This document shows, piece after piece, positions 8,777 through 17,520 of a DNA stretch of 64,000 bases. This DNA is from Nitrospirota bacterium (GTDB taxonomy: Bacteria > Nitrospirota > Thermodesulfovibrionia > Thermodesulfovibrionales > Dissulfurispiraceae). Numbering within the stretch: the stretch's first letter is position 1; the number at the start of each line of letters is the position of its first letter. Below the pieces are notes generated by a model. That model was not told where the DNA came from. It saw only the letters and a program-made list of their open reading frames with translations, and did not search any database. Both the position numbers and the translations under genes were made by a program. The DNA is taken from assembly GCA_040754455.1 (NCBI GenBank), contig JBFMCP010000007.1:1-64000 (forward strand), given 5' to 3'.

Positions 8777-9442
8777 TCAAGCAATTGAGGAGCCGGTCGA
8801 GATGGTCCCCTCGCTCATGACCACGAGGTGGTCGGCGAGCCTCTCCGCCTGTTCTCGATCGTGCGTTGTCATAACGACAATGGTGCTCCGCCGGCGTCGC
8901 ATGGTGAGCACGATTTCTTCAACGATCTCCGTGTTCTGCTGATCCACCGAGGCGGTCGGCTCATCCAGGAAGAGTATCTCAGGCTCAATGACCATTGCCC
9001 GCGCGATCCCGAGGCGCTGCGTCTCTCCGCTTGAAAGGGTAAGGGCATTCTGGTGCTCCTTGTGGAGCAGCCCGACAAATTCCAGGGCACTGGAAACCTT
9101 CTCACGTAGTATGCTGCCCTCTGTCTCACGAATCTTCAGGCCATAGGCGACATTCTTGAAGACGGTGGTGTTGAACACGCCTACCTTGGGGAGTACGAGC
9201 GTTATCCTGCGCCGCAGCGCAAGGTCCTTCTTGAGCGGCCTCCCTTCTGAAGAAAAGCTGATCTCTCCGCGGTCAGGAGGCTCGAGGAGCGCACATATCC
9301 TGAGAAATGTCGATTTGCCGCATCCGTTCGGTCCGGTCAGCACATAAGTGCCCGGTGTATCGAAGGAGAAAGAGCAATCTCTGAGAATAGAGTTCCCGTT
9401 GTAGCGCTTCCATATATGCGCAGCTTCGAGGATAAGACTCAT
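8777..9442 (-). CDS. tupC: Tungstate ABC transporter ATP-binding protein
   Basis: GPNGCGKST, LSSGETQR, LFLDEPT; ATGA overlap with tupB. Confidence 0.85.
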   Translation of the reverse strand: MSLILEAAHIWKRYNGNSILRDCSFSFDTPGTYVLTGPNGCGKSTFLRICALLEPPDRGEISFSSEGRPLKKDLALRRRITLVLPKVGVFNTTVFKNVAYGLKIRETEGSILREKVSSALEFVGLLHKEHQNALTLSSGETQRLGIARAMVIEPEILFLDEPTASVDQQNTEIVEEIVLTMRRRRSTIVVMTTHDREQAERLADHLVVMSEGTISTGSSIA

Positions 9443-10146
9443 TGTGGCGCGTGTACCATCCCTTTCCGCTGGACAAGGTGGAGCGTAATATTGATGCACA
9501 ACGAGAGGGATAAAAGGATGATCCCCAGCGCGAGGGCGAGTTCGAAGTTGCCTTTATCGGTCTCAAGCGCAATGGCAGTCGTCATGACCCTCGTGTGGCC
9601 GGCAATGTTGCCACCCACAATGAGTATGGCGCCCACTTCCGCCATTACTCTGCCGAAGGCGGCAATGACCCCTGACATAATACCGTAACGTGCCTCTTTG
9701 ATTATGGTAACGGTTACCTGAAAAGGTGTTGCGCCGAGCGTTGCAGCGGCCTGCTTGATGATAGGATCGACACTAACGAGGGCCGAGTGGCAGAGGGATG
9801 TCACGATAGGAAGAGCGAGGACCGTCTGGGCGATGACCATTGCTGCGGGTGAGTAGAGCAGTCCCATAAAGCCGAGGGGACCGCTCCGCGACAACAGGAG
9901 ATATACGAAGAGCCCGACGACAACAGGGGGCAGTCCCATGAAGGTGTTCACGAGGCTGATGAGGAGGTCACGTCCGGGAACTTTCTTGAGACCTAACAAC
10001 GCACCGAGCGGAAGACCGACAATGGTTGCGATAACGAGCGCGGTGCCCGAAACCATGAGTGAGAGAAGAATAATGCTCAGCAGCTCAGGGTTGAGGGTGA
10101 TAATGAGAGCAAGGGCTTCTTTAAACGCGTTCAGTATGGATTCCAT
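9439..10146 (-). CDS. tupB: Tungstate ABC transporter permease
   Basis: NTFMGLPPVVVGL, SRSGPLG, EVGAILIVGGNI, TRVMTTAIALET. Confidence 0.9.
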   Translation of the reverse strand: MESILNAFKEALALIITLNPELLSIILLSLMVSGTALVIATIVGLPLGALLGLKKVPGRDLLISLVNTFMGLPPVVVGLFVYLLLSRSGPLGFMGLLYSPAAMVIAQTVLALPIVTSLCHSALVSVDPIIKQAAATLGATPFQVTVTIIKEARYGIMSGVIAAFGRVMAEVGAILIVGGNIAGHTRVMTTAIALETDKGNFELALALGIILLSLSLCINITLHLVQRKGMVHAPQ

Positions 10147-10195
10147 AGAGAATTATTATAACGGAAAACAGAGAGGATCATCGTGCTCCAGTGCC

Positions 10196-10225
10196 CCTCG
10201 AAGGCAGGATATCCCGCCTTCGAGG
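10196..10225. repeat. Intercistronic hairpin between tupA and tupB
   Basis: CCTCGAAGGC / GCCTTCGAGG perfect 10-bp inverted repeat. Confidence 0.7.
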
Positions 10226-10237
10226 AATGCTGTGAGC

Positions 10238-11059
10238 TTATTTTGCATTGGGTATGAAAAGGGCATTGCCGTTTTTGTCCTTGAACGAAGCAATTGCCTG
10301 CTGCCCTTCCTTCGAAATGATCCAGTTTACGAAGATCATTGCTTCGTTATACTTCACATGTTTATGTTTTTGCGGATTGACTGCCATCACGCCATATTGG
10401 TTGAAGAGAAGAGGATCGCCTTCGAGGACAATGACCATCTCGAGCTTATCCTTGTTCTTGGTGGCAAGCCACGTACCCCGGTCGGTAAAAGTGTACGCAT
10501 GCTTTTCATTGGCGATCCTCTGTGCCTTTTCCATTCCCTGGCCGACTTCGAGATACCACTTCTGTCCTTTCGGATCGGCCCCTGCTTTTTTCCAGAGGGA
10601 CAGTTCTTTTGTATGCGTGCCTGAATTGTCACCTCTTGAGACAAAGGCGATCCTACGTTCAGCTATTTTCTTGAAGGCATCAGCAGCTGATTTTGAGCCT
10701 TTGATTTTTGCCGGATCACCGGGAGGTCCGATTATAACGAAGTCGTTATACATGACATCATGACGGTTCACAAAAAAGCCTTCTCCGACCGCCTTCAGCT
10801 CCTGTTCCTTTGCGTGGACAAAAACTGCATCGGAATCTCCCCGTTTCCCCATCTCAATGGCGGCGCCGGTGCCGCGGGCGACTACCTTCACCTTGATACC
10901 AGTTTTCTTTTCGAAGAGCGGCAGGATGTGGCCGAATAGGCCAGAATTTTCGGTGCTCGTTGTGGAGGCGAGGATGATCTCCCTTTTCGCAGAAAGGACC
11001 TCCGCAGTTCCTGTAATCAGCAGGAGCAGCAGTATTATAATGTTCTGATATAATTTCAT
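10238..11059 (-). CDS. tupA: Tungstate ABC transporter substrate-binding protein
   Basis: Signal peptide, ASTTSTENSGL, MYNDFVIIGP, SRGDNSGTH, DRGTW. Confidence 0.92.
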   Translation of the reverse strand: MKLYQNIIILLLLLITGTAEVLSAKREIILASTTSTENSGLFGHILPLFEKKTGIKVKVVARGTGAAIEMGKRGDSDAVFVHAKEQELKAVGEGFFVNRHDVMYNDFVIIGPPGDPAKIKGSKSAADAFKKIAERRIAFVSRGDNSGTHTKELSLWKKAGADPKGQKWYLEVGQGMEKAQRIANEKHAYTFTDRGTWLATKNKDKLEMVIVLEGDPLLFNQYGVMAVNPQKHKHVKYNEAMIFVNWIISKEGQQAIASFKDKNGNALFIPNAK

Positions 11060-11318
11060 GTGAACTCCTTGAGACGGTAATGAGATTTTATTATATCGCA
11101 CTTTCTTGAGGTGGTTCCGTATCATCTCCGTGTACCGAGGGCGGGCGGAATAAAAACGTTGCTGCCGATCAACGCGGACGGGTACTCTTCTGAAGGACGG
11201 TGCAGCGCTGCGAAGGCAAAAGTACCGCTTCTTCCAGATGGTTCACCTGTGTATTGTTCTTCGCAAAAGCGCGAGGTATCAATGAACGCAGCAACAGGTA
11301 CCGTTGTAACGGCAATTG

Positions 11319-11672
11319 TTATTTGACCAGCGATTTAATGAGGTTCAGTAGCGCCTGCCGCAGCTTTTTGTCCCTTATTTCCCTGAAGAGTTGCAGGAGG
11401 AGCTGTTCGTCATCGCTCAATTTCCCATAGGGTGAGGACGGCTCGGCAATGATGTCACGCTCGCCGCTGAAAAAAACGCCCATGGGAACATTGAGGGCCT
11501 TTGCCACCTGTTTCAAACGCTCAACGCTTATATTGCTGACGCCCTTCTCGTATTTCTGTATCTGTTGATAAGAGACCTCGACTTTTTCCGCCAGTTCCAT
11601 CTGGGACATGCCCTTAGACTTCCTCAGTCGCTTTATGAGATAGCCGACGGTTTTTTTATTGTTTATTCGCAT
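11319..11672 (-). CDS. XRE-family HTH regulator
   Basis: LRKSKGMSQMELAEKVEVSYQQIQKYEKG. Confidence 0.9.
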   Translation of the reverse strand: MRINNKKTVGYLIKRLRKSKGMSQMELAEKVEVSYQQIQKYEKGVSNISVERLKQVAKALNVPMGVFFSGERDIIAEPSSPYGKLSDDEQLLLQLFREIRDKKLRQALLNLIKSLVK

Positions 11673-11786
11673 ATAACACTCTAATCGAGAGCTCGTTAAA
11701 AATCTATCAACCAGCAGTTGCAAAAGCTTGACATACAACAACTGCAAGTAGTAAATTAAATTTCACTCTACACATGGGGGGGAGTT

Positions 11787-12182
11787 ATGGCTGAAGAAAA
11801 GGTAGTGTTGGTTGTCGATGACAATCCCGCGATAAGGGAGCTCCTCAATGATTTCCTGAAAAAAGAGGGCTTCAGGGTGTTTGGTGCGCCAAACGGTTCT
11901 TCTGCCCTTGAGTTCATGAAAGGTCGGCGCTGTGATGTGGTCATCACGGACTACTCCATGCCCGAGATGGACGGGGTTGCGCTGATAAAGAAACTCCGCC
12001 CCCTCTATCCCCACCTGTTTATCATCGGGACAAGCGGTTTCTGCGATGAGAAAGACTTCCTCTCTGCCGGAGCAAATGTCTTCCTCCCCAAGCCTTTCCG
12101 GCTCCATGACCTCTTGTCGATATTTCAGTCATACTCCTATATCCGTCACTGTGAGATGATCAAAAGAGCCGAAGAAAAATAG
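11787..12182 (+). CDS. Single-domain response regulator
   Basis: VLVVDDN, DVVITDYSMPEMDG, FLPKPF. Confidence 0.9.
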   Translation: MAEEKVVLVVDDNPAIRELLNDFLKKEGFRVFGAPNGSSALEFMKGRRCDVVITDYSMPEMDGVALIKKLRPLYPHLFIIGTSGFCDEKDFLSAGANVFLPKPFRLHDLLSIFQSYSYIRHCEMIKRAEEK

Positions 12183-12258
12183 ATCATGCTGGTTTGACAT
12201 TAGTTGCAAGAGTATGCAATTATTTATGCAGAATGTTTCTGAGGAGGTGCTGCGTAGC

Positions 12259-12471
12259 ATGCCGATTTACGAATACTCCTGCAAGAAGTGCAATGAAGTA
12301 TTTTCCGTTTTCCAGAGCGTTAACGCCAATGAAAAAGATACAAAATGCCCGAAATGCGGGGCTGATGAGGTGCAGAAAAAGATATCCTCATTCAGCTGCT
12401 GCTCTTTCGGCAGCAGCCCCGGTTCCGGGGGGATGGGCGGATTCAAGGGCGGCTGAGGCCCTGCCTGCTGA
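12259..12471 (+). CDS. FmdB-family zinc-ribbon protein, probable selenoprotein (UGA at 12454-12456; ends at 12456 if not recoded)
   Basis: MPIYEYSCKKC...CPKCG; RBS GAGGAGG; in-frame TGA followed by GPAC-stop and a SECIS-like hairpin. Confidence 0.8.
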
Positions 12472-12486
12472 ACCGTCGGTTCAGCA
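12466..12486 (+). promoter_or_regulatory. Candidate bacterial SECIS element
   Basis: TGCTGAACC-GTC-GGTTCAGCA 9-bp stem; loop starts with GU, 18 nt after the UGA. Confidence 0.6.
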
Positions 12487-12513
12487 AACTACGACAACGG
12501 AGAATCGGAGATA

Positions 12514-12547
12514 GGGCGACGCGGGGGCAACTCCACGTCGCTTTTTT
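12514..12547 (+). terminator. Rho-independent terminator
   Basis: GCGACG / CGTCGC stem with GCAA tetraloop and T-run. Confidence 0.75.
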
Positions 12548-12581
12548 ATCAACAATCTCCGCGTCTCCGGTGCACCGTTTC

Positions 12582-13325
12582 TTATTTTTTCCCCAGAATG
12601 TTGATCTTATGCGCCAGGCAGCCTGCGCCGAAGCCGTTATCGATATTGACCACTGCCATGCCGGGAATACAGGAGTTGAGCATTGCGAAGAGCGCAGTGA
12701 GGCCGCCCAGGCTTGTACCGTAGCCGACGGATGTGGGCACCGCGATGACCGGCTTATCGGTGAGCCCGCCGACCACTGAGGGCAGCGCCCCTTCCATCCC
12801 TGCTACGACCACGACGACGCGCGCTTTCTGGAGTGCTTCTCTATGGCTGAAGAGCCGGTGTATGCCTGCCACACCGACATCGTAGAGGCGTTCTGTCCTG
12901 CTTCCCAGGAATGAGGCGGTTACCGCGGCCTCCTCTGCGACCGAGATATCAGAGGTCCCCGCCGAAGTGATGAGAATGCCCCCCCTTTGCGCGCGTGCTT
13001 CGCCGCACGTAATAATGCGCGATTCAGGATAAAACTTCGCTTTGTTTATGTTGAGCGCTTTGTAAACGTCTTCTGAAGCCCTGGTGATCAGAAAGCGGCC
13101 GCTCCGTTTCAGCATTGCCTGCGCAATGGCGACGACATCGTCGATCGTCTTGTTCTGGGCGAAAACAACTTCGGGAATGCTGTTGCGGAGCCCCCGATGG
13201 TGGTCAATCTTTGCTCTCTCGATATCTTCATAGGGAAGATGCTTGAGCGTGTTCAGCGCTTCATCTATGGAGATCTTTCCCGCATGTACTTTTTTGAGAA
13301 GATGTTCCAGTGTCCTAGTATCCAT
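12582..13325 (-). CDS. larB: Nickel pincer cofactor biosynthesis carboxylase/hydrolase
   Basis: DHHR..R..IPEVVF, AGTSDISVAEEA, DVGVAGIHRL, AGMEGALPSVVGGL, NIDNGFGA. Confidence 0.92.
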   Translation of the reverse strand: MDTRTLEHLLKKVHAGKISIDEALNTLKHLPYEDIERAKIDHHRGLRNSIPEVVFAQNKTIDDVVAIAQAMLKRSGRFLITRASEDVYKALNINKAKFYPESRIITCGEARAQRGGILITSAGTSDISVAEEAAVTASFLGSRTERLYDVGVAGIHRLFSHREALQKARVVVVVAGMEGALPSVVGGLTDKPVIAVPTSVGYGTSLGGLTALFAMLNSCIPGMAVVNIDNGFGAGCLAHKINILGKK

Positions 13326-14325
13326 AAAATTCTGTCTTGAGAGAGCGGTTCATGAGTGACCGCACTGCTTCGGCAGGAGGCTTGTCTTTGTAAAGGGCGA
13401 GATAGACCTGTTCCGTTATGGGCATATCGATCCGGTACTTTTGTGAGAGATGGTATGCGGAAAGTGTGGTCGTTACTCCCTCTGCCACCGAAGCGGTCCG
13501 GCTGATGATATCGGCGAGTTTCTGCCCCTGACCGAGCTTGTAGCCGACCGTGTAGTTCCTCGAGAGAGGACCGGTACAGGTGAGGACGAGATCGCCGAGT
13601 CCGCTCAAGCCTGAAAAGGTCAGTTCCTTCCCTTTCAGGCCTGCACCTAGACGTGCCATCTCTGAAAGCCCTCTCGTGATGAGCGCCGCCCGTGCATCGT
13701 AGCCGAGGTGAAGCCCGTCGCAGATGCCCGATGCAATGGCAATGACATTCTTCAACGCACCGCCGATCTCGACGCCTATGATATCGTCGTGGGTGTAAAC
13801 CCTGAAGTAATCGGTCGTGAAGAGCTCCTGGAGGAGCAGACCCGTGTTTTTATCTTCTGAAGCGAGTGTGACTGCAGTCGGCAGTTTTGCAATAACCTCT
13901 TTTGCGAAGCTCGGCCCCGAGAGTACCGCAACCGGCTTTTTGAGGACCTCCCTGAGCACCGCCGACGGCGTCAGCAGCGTTTCATTCTCGATCCCCTTCG
14001 ACGCACTAACGACGACCGCATCGCTTCTGATGAAAGACTGCACAGGGCTGAAGACCGTTCGTATGTATTGAGTAGGAACAACGCTCACGATGTAGCGAGC
14101 TCCGGCGACCGCTTCCGGAAGGTCACCGGTCGCTTTGAGATGCGCAGGCAGTATGGCTTCAGGGAGGTAGATGCTGTTGGTTCTTTTTGTATTGATTTCT
14201 TCTACCACCTCCCGCTCGTGAGCCCATAGGGTGACCGTATGCCCCTTCTCCGCGAGTACGGCGGCGAGGGTAGTGCCCCAGCTCCCGGCGCCGATAACCG
14301 ATATGTTTCCAGCAGGATGACGCAT
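13315..14325 (-). CDS. gpsA: NAD(P)H-dependent glycerol-3-phosphate dehydrogenase
   Basis: GAGSWGTTLA, SGPSFAKEV, GALKNVIAIASG, GLGDLVLTC, SRN. Confidence 0.96.
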   Translation of the reverse strand: MRHPAGNISVIGAGSWGTTLAAVLAEKGHTVTLWAHEREVVEEINTKRTNSIYLPEAILPAHLKATGDLPEAVAGARYIVSVVPTQYIRTVFSPVQSFIRSDAVVVSASKGIENETLLTPSAVLREVLKKPVAVLSGPSFAKEVIAKLPTAVTLASEDKNTGLLLQELFTTDYFRVYTHDDIIGVEIGGALKNVIAIASGICDGLHLGYDARAALITRGLSEMARLGAGLKGKELTFSGLSGLGDLVLTCTGPLSRNYTVGYKLGQGQKLADIISRTASVAEGVTTTLSAYHLSQKYRIDMPITEQVYLALYKDKPPAEAVRSLMNRSLKTEFYGY

Positions 14326-14390
14326 AACGAAAAATATAACAGAAATATCACTGGTTAGTAAATTTAAGACACCTCATCGAGAGAAATAAA

Positions 14391-14480
14391 CCCTAAGTTC
14401 GAAATCCTGAATCCTAAACAAATCCAAATGATCAAAATTCAAAATGTGTTTAGAATTTCGTGCTTAGAATTTAGGATTTC
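14391..14480. repeat. Palindromic heptamer-repeat element (TCCTAAA-type unit); overlaps the bioF stop
   Basis: CCCTAAG TTCGAAA TCCTGAA TCCTAAA ... TTTAGAA TTTCGTG CTTAGAA TTTAGGA. Confidence 0.75.
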
Positions 14481-15631
14481 ATTACAGCCGCTAGTGCTTC
14501 CAGCAGCGTATCGATATCGCTCTCGGTGTGCGCAGCGGAAACCGTGATCCTTATTCGCGGGGTTTCGACGGTCGGAGGCCTTATGGCAGGCGCATAGATA
14601 TGCTTTCCTTTGAGGCGTTCCGCAGCAGTAAGCGTCTCTTCCACACCCCCCACGATAACCGGAACGATCGGCGTCGCGCTGTTCAGGGTGTCGAGCCCCA
14701 ATGCGGTAATCCCTTTCAAGAGCCGCTCACGGTTGCTCCAGAGTCTCTTTACTAGGGAGGGATCTTTTTGAATGATCTCCAATGAGGCCAGTGATGCGGC
14801 TGCGGCGGCAGCGGGGAGGGCAGTGGAGAAGATGAACCCCCGGCAGGCATTCATGAGCCAATCAATGGTTGTTCTATCAGCGACGACGAAGGCGCCGAAT
14901 GAGCCGAGCGCCTTTGAGCAGGTTCCCATCTGGATGATCCGCGACTCCGGCATCAGAGAAAAATGCGCGAGGGCGCCTCTCCCTGCGCCCAACACGCCGG
15001 TGCCGTGAGCATCATCGATGTAGAGCAGTGCATCGTACTCGCAGCAGAGGTCATACAACTCTTTCAGCGGGGCGATATCACCATCCATGCTGAACACCGT
15101 ATCGGTGACGACGACATTTCTCCTTCCCTTCTCGCGCTGCATCAATGCCGAAAGGTGATCTGTGTCTTTATGACGATAGATAACCGTTTTCGCCCGGCTC
15201 AGCCGACAGCCGTCGATGATGCTCGCATGATTCAGGGCATCGCTGAAGATGACTGCACCCTCTCCGGCGATGGCGGGGAGGATGCTGGTATTTGCGGCAT
15301 AGCCGGAGTTGAAGAGCAGTGCAGCCTCTGACCCTTTAAATACAGCGAGCCTTTGTTCCAATTCCCGGTGGAGTGCTGTTCCTCCTGACAGCAGACGTGA
15401 TGCACCGGACCCAAAGCCGTAGGTGTCGATTGCACGCTTAGCAGTCTCCCTTACGGCGTCGTGACCCGCGAGGCCGAGGTAATCGTTGGAAGCAAAGTTG
15501 ATATATTCCTGCCCGGCAATGCAAATGCGCGATAAGGCCGTACTGTTATTACCGCAGGAGGGCATGGTGCGATCATTGATTACCCTCAGCAGATGCTCCA
15601 GTCGCAATCGCTCGAGCTCATCACGAAACAT
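14471..15631 (-). CDS. bioF: 8-amino-7-oxononanoate synthase
   Basis: FASNDYLGL, GSGASRLLSG, NHASIIDG, FSMDGD, DDAHG, TCSKALG. Confidence 0.93.
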   Translation of the reverse strand: MFRDELERLRLEHLLRVINDRTMPSCGNNSTALSRICIAGQEYINFASNDYLGLAGHDAVRETAKRAIDTYGFGSGASRLLSGGTALHRELEQRLAVFKGSEAALLFNSGYAANTSILPAIAGEGAVIFSDALNHASIIDGCRLSRAKTVIYRHKDTDHLSALMQREKGRRNVVVTDTVFSMDGDIAPLKELYDLCCEYDALLYIDDAHGTGVLGAGRGALAHFSLMPESRIIQMGTCSKALGSFGAFVVADRTTIDWLMNACRGFIFSTALPAAAAAASLASLEIIQKDPSLVKRLWSNRERLLKGITALGLDTLNSATPIVPVIVGGVEETLTAAERLKGKHIYAPAIRPPTVETPRIRITVSAAHTESDIDTLLEALAAVMKS

Positions 15632-15723
15632 AGTTTTTCATCTCCTAACGGCCCTAGATGTTGTGTTCTTTAAGGAGGAGGGCCACATAATATTGAGCGC
15701 TTTTGAAAGATTTAAATTTTTTC

Positions 15724-15790
15724 TTGACAATGGCGATAACGAAACCATATCATCAGGTGGTAAAAAGTGGGAGAAAGTGGAGGAGGGTGT
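15724..15790 (+). promoter_or_regulatory. dcw promoter with MraZ-binding repeats
   Basis: TTGACA (15724-15729), TATCAT (15748-15753), and GTGG repeats with 10-nt period at 15757, 15767 and 15777. Confidence 0.85.
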
Positions 15791-15794
15791 AGCA

Positions 15795-16250
15795 ATGTCG
15801 TCTTTTTTGGGTAAATACTATTATTCATTAGATCCCAAGGGAAGGCTCATCATCCCAGCTCCTTTACGCGATATCATTTTCAAGAAATACAACAATTCCA
15901 AACTATATATCACGAATGCGGCTTTTGACAAGTGCCTCCATATCTATCCGCTCGAAGAGTGGAACAGGCTGGAGGAGAAAATACGCACGATACCCAAGAT
16001 GGAAGAGGCGGTGAAGTATTTCCTCCGGCGGGTTGTCGCCTCTGTCCTTGAGTGCGAGATCGACAAACAGGGCAGGGTCCTCATCCCTGCACCGCACCGG
16101 GAGGACGCAGGTATAACGAGCGATGTGGTTATTGTAGGGCAGCTGGACAAGATTGAGTTGTGGGACAGGAAAGAGTGGGATGCAGTAACCGATCCCAAGA
16201 AGGTCGACGCAAAGGCATACGAATCGGTGCTTGCCGGTTACGGCTTATGA
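15795..16250 (+). CDS. mraZ: dcw cluster transcriptional regulator
   Basis: LDPKGRLIIP and IDKQGRVLIP repeats; first gene of the cluster. Confidence 0.95.
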   Translation: MSSFLGKYYYSLDPKGRLIIPAPLRDIIFKKYNNSKLYITNAAFDKCLHIYPLEEWNRLEEKIRTIPKMEEAVKYFLRRVVASVLECEIDKQGRVLIPAPHREDAGITSDVVIVGQLDKIELWDRKEWDAVTDPKKVDAKAYESVLAGYGL

Positions 16251-16255
16251 CACGC

Positions 16256-16306
16256 TCACTGTTCACCGTTCGTCGTTGATAGTCAGTGGACAATGAACAG
16301 TGAACG
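16256..16306. repeat. Palindromic heptamer-repeat element (TCACTGT-type unit) containing the rsmH start codon
   Basis: TCACTGT TCACCGT TCGTCGT ... CAGTGGA CAATGAA CAGTGAA; TCACTGTTCA / TGAACAGTGA arms. Confidence 0.75.
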
Positions 16307-17174
16307 GCTTCATGTTCCGGTTTTGGTGAGAGAGACGACGGAGATGCTCATGGTCAAGGAAGACGGAATCTATGTCGATGCAACGGTAGGGCTCGGGGGG
16401 CACGCTGCAGAAATCCTCTCGATGCTCGGTCCGGGGGGGGCATTTATCGGTATTGACCGCGATCCACAGGCCCTTGACTATGCACGGGAGCGACTCGGCA
16501 ACAGCCGGGTGCGTCTCGTACAGGGGAGCTTCTCTCGTTTGGAAGAAATTCTTGCCTCGCAGGACATCGAAGCAATCGACGGCATTGTCTTCGACCTCGG
16601 CGTCTCGATGCTCCAGCTGAAACAGCATGAGCGCGGCTTCAGCTTTTTGTCAGAGGAACGACTGGATATGAGAATGGATCCCTCCCAGGAGTTGTCGGCA
16701 TGGGAGGTGGTGAACCGCTATTCCGAAAAGGAACTGGAAAGGATTCTGAAAGAGTACGGCGAAGAGCCCAAAGCAAAGAGAATCGCCCGCGCTATTGTCG
16801 ATCGCCGCAGGAAGGCGCCGCTTACGACGGGTGCTGAACTTGCTGTGCTCGTCATGAGTGTTTACGGGGGGAGGGGGAAAACCCATCCCGCCACGAGGAC
16901 GTTCCAGGCATTGCGGATAGAGGTGAACAGGGAGCTGGATGAATTGAAGAGCGGCCTCCTTGCAGCGCTGGGTGTGCTGAAGACAGGAGGCAGGATGTGC
17001 GTCATTTCCTATCACTCTCTCGAAGACAGAATGGTAAAAAATTTCATCAGAGAGCAGGCGAGGGAGGGTAAGGTGAAGATGCTGACAAAAAAGCCGGTGA
17101 CTCCCAGTGCCGGCGAGATGAGAAGTAATCCTTCGTCGAGAAGTGCAAAGTTGAGGGGGGCTGAAAAACTATGA
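16293..17174 (+). CDS. rsmH: 16S rRNA m4C1402 methyltransferase
   Basis: HVPVL, DATVGLGGHA, DLGVS, LDMRMD, HPATRTFQALRI, SYHSLEDR. Confidence 0.97.
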   Translation: MNSERLHVPVLVRETTEMLMVKEDGIYVDATVGLGGHAAEILSMLGPGGAFIGIDRDPQALDYARERLGNSRVRLVQGSFSRLEEILASQDIEAIDGIVFDLGVSMLQLKQHERGFSFLSEERLDMRMDPSQELSAWEVVNRYSEKELERILKEYGEEPKAKRIARAIVDRRRKAPLTTGAELAVLVMSVYGGRGKTHPATRTFQALRIEVNRELDELKSGLLAALGVLKTGGRMCVISYHSLEDRMVKNFIREQAREGKVKMLTKKPVTPSAGEMRSNPSSRSAKLRGAEKL

Positions 17175-17506
17175 GGTGCAGGAGAAGGAGCTGGTTCGTA
17201 GGTGTTCTGAAGCCGTTGTCGATCGTGCTGCTGCTCTTTATGATTTTTACCATCGTGTGGCTGCGATCGAGCGTTGTATCGCTCGAGTACCGGCTCAGTT
17301 CGCTTGAGAAGAAGAAAGTGGAACTGGCGAGAGACCGGAAACTGCTTCTGGCGGAACGTTCGAATCTCCTCGCCATCGGGAGGCTCGAAAACACTGCTGC
17401 CGGATCAGGCTTTGCCTTTCCCGACAGGATGAGGGTGGTGTATGTGAAGAAGGGCAGCGATAGCGATACGTATAAGGCATCGCTTCTGGCGAAGAGGGAG
17501 CACTGA
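17171..17506 (+). CDS. ftsL: Cell division protein FtsL-like
   Basis: Short basic N-terminus, single TM, leucine-zipper coil; sits between rsmH and ftsI. Confidence 0.75.
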   Translation: MRCRRRSWFVGVLKPLSIVLLLFMIFTIVWLRSSVVSLEYRLSSLEKKKVELARDRKLLLAERSNLLAIGRLENTAAGSGFAFPDRMRVVYVKKGSDSDTYKASLLAKREH

Positions 17507-17520
17507 CAGGAGGAGAGGGC

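Noticed and set aside
11060..11310. Moco/tungsten riboswitch or ModE box upstream of tupA
   Set aside because: Consensus elements not found on the minus strand.
12469..12603. Read-through of the second UGA in fmdB
   Set aside because: The extension would run through the terminator into the convergent larB gene, and no suitably placed second SECIS was seen.
15486..15794. N-terminal 103-aa extension of MraZ in the ORF track
   Set aside because: Overlaps bioF and the dcw promoter; the real start is the ATG at 15795 after GGAGG.
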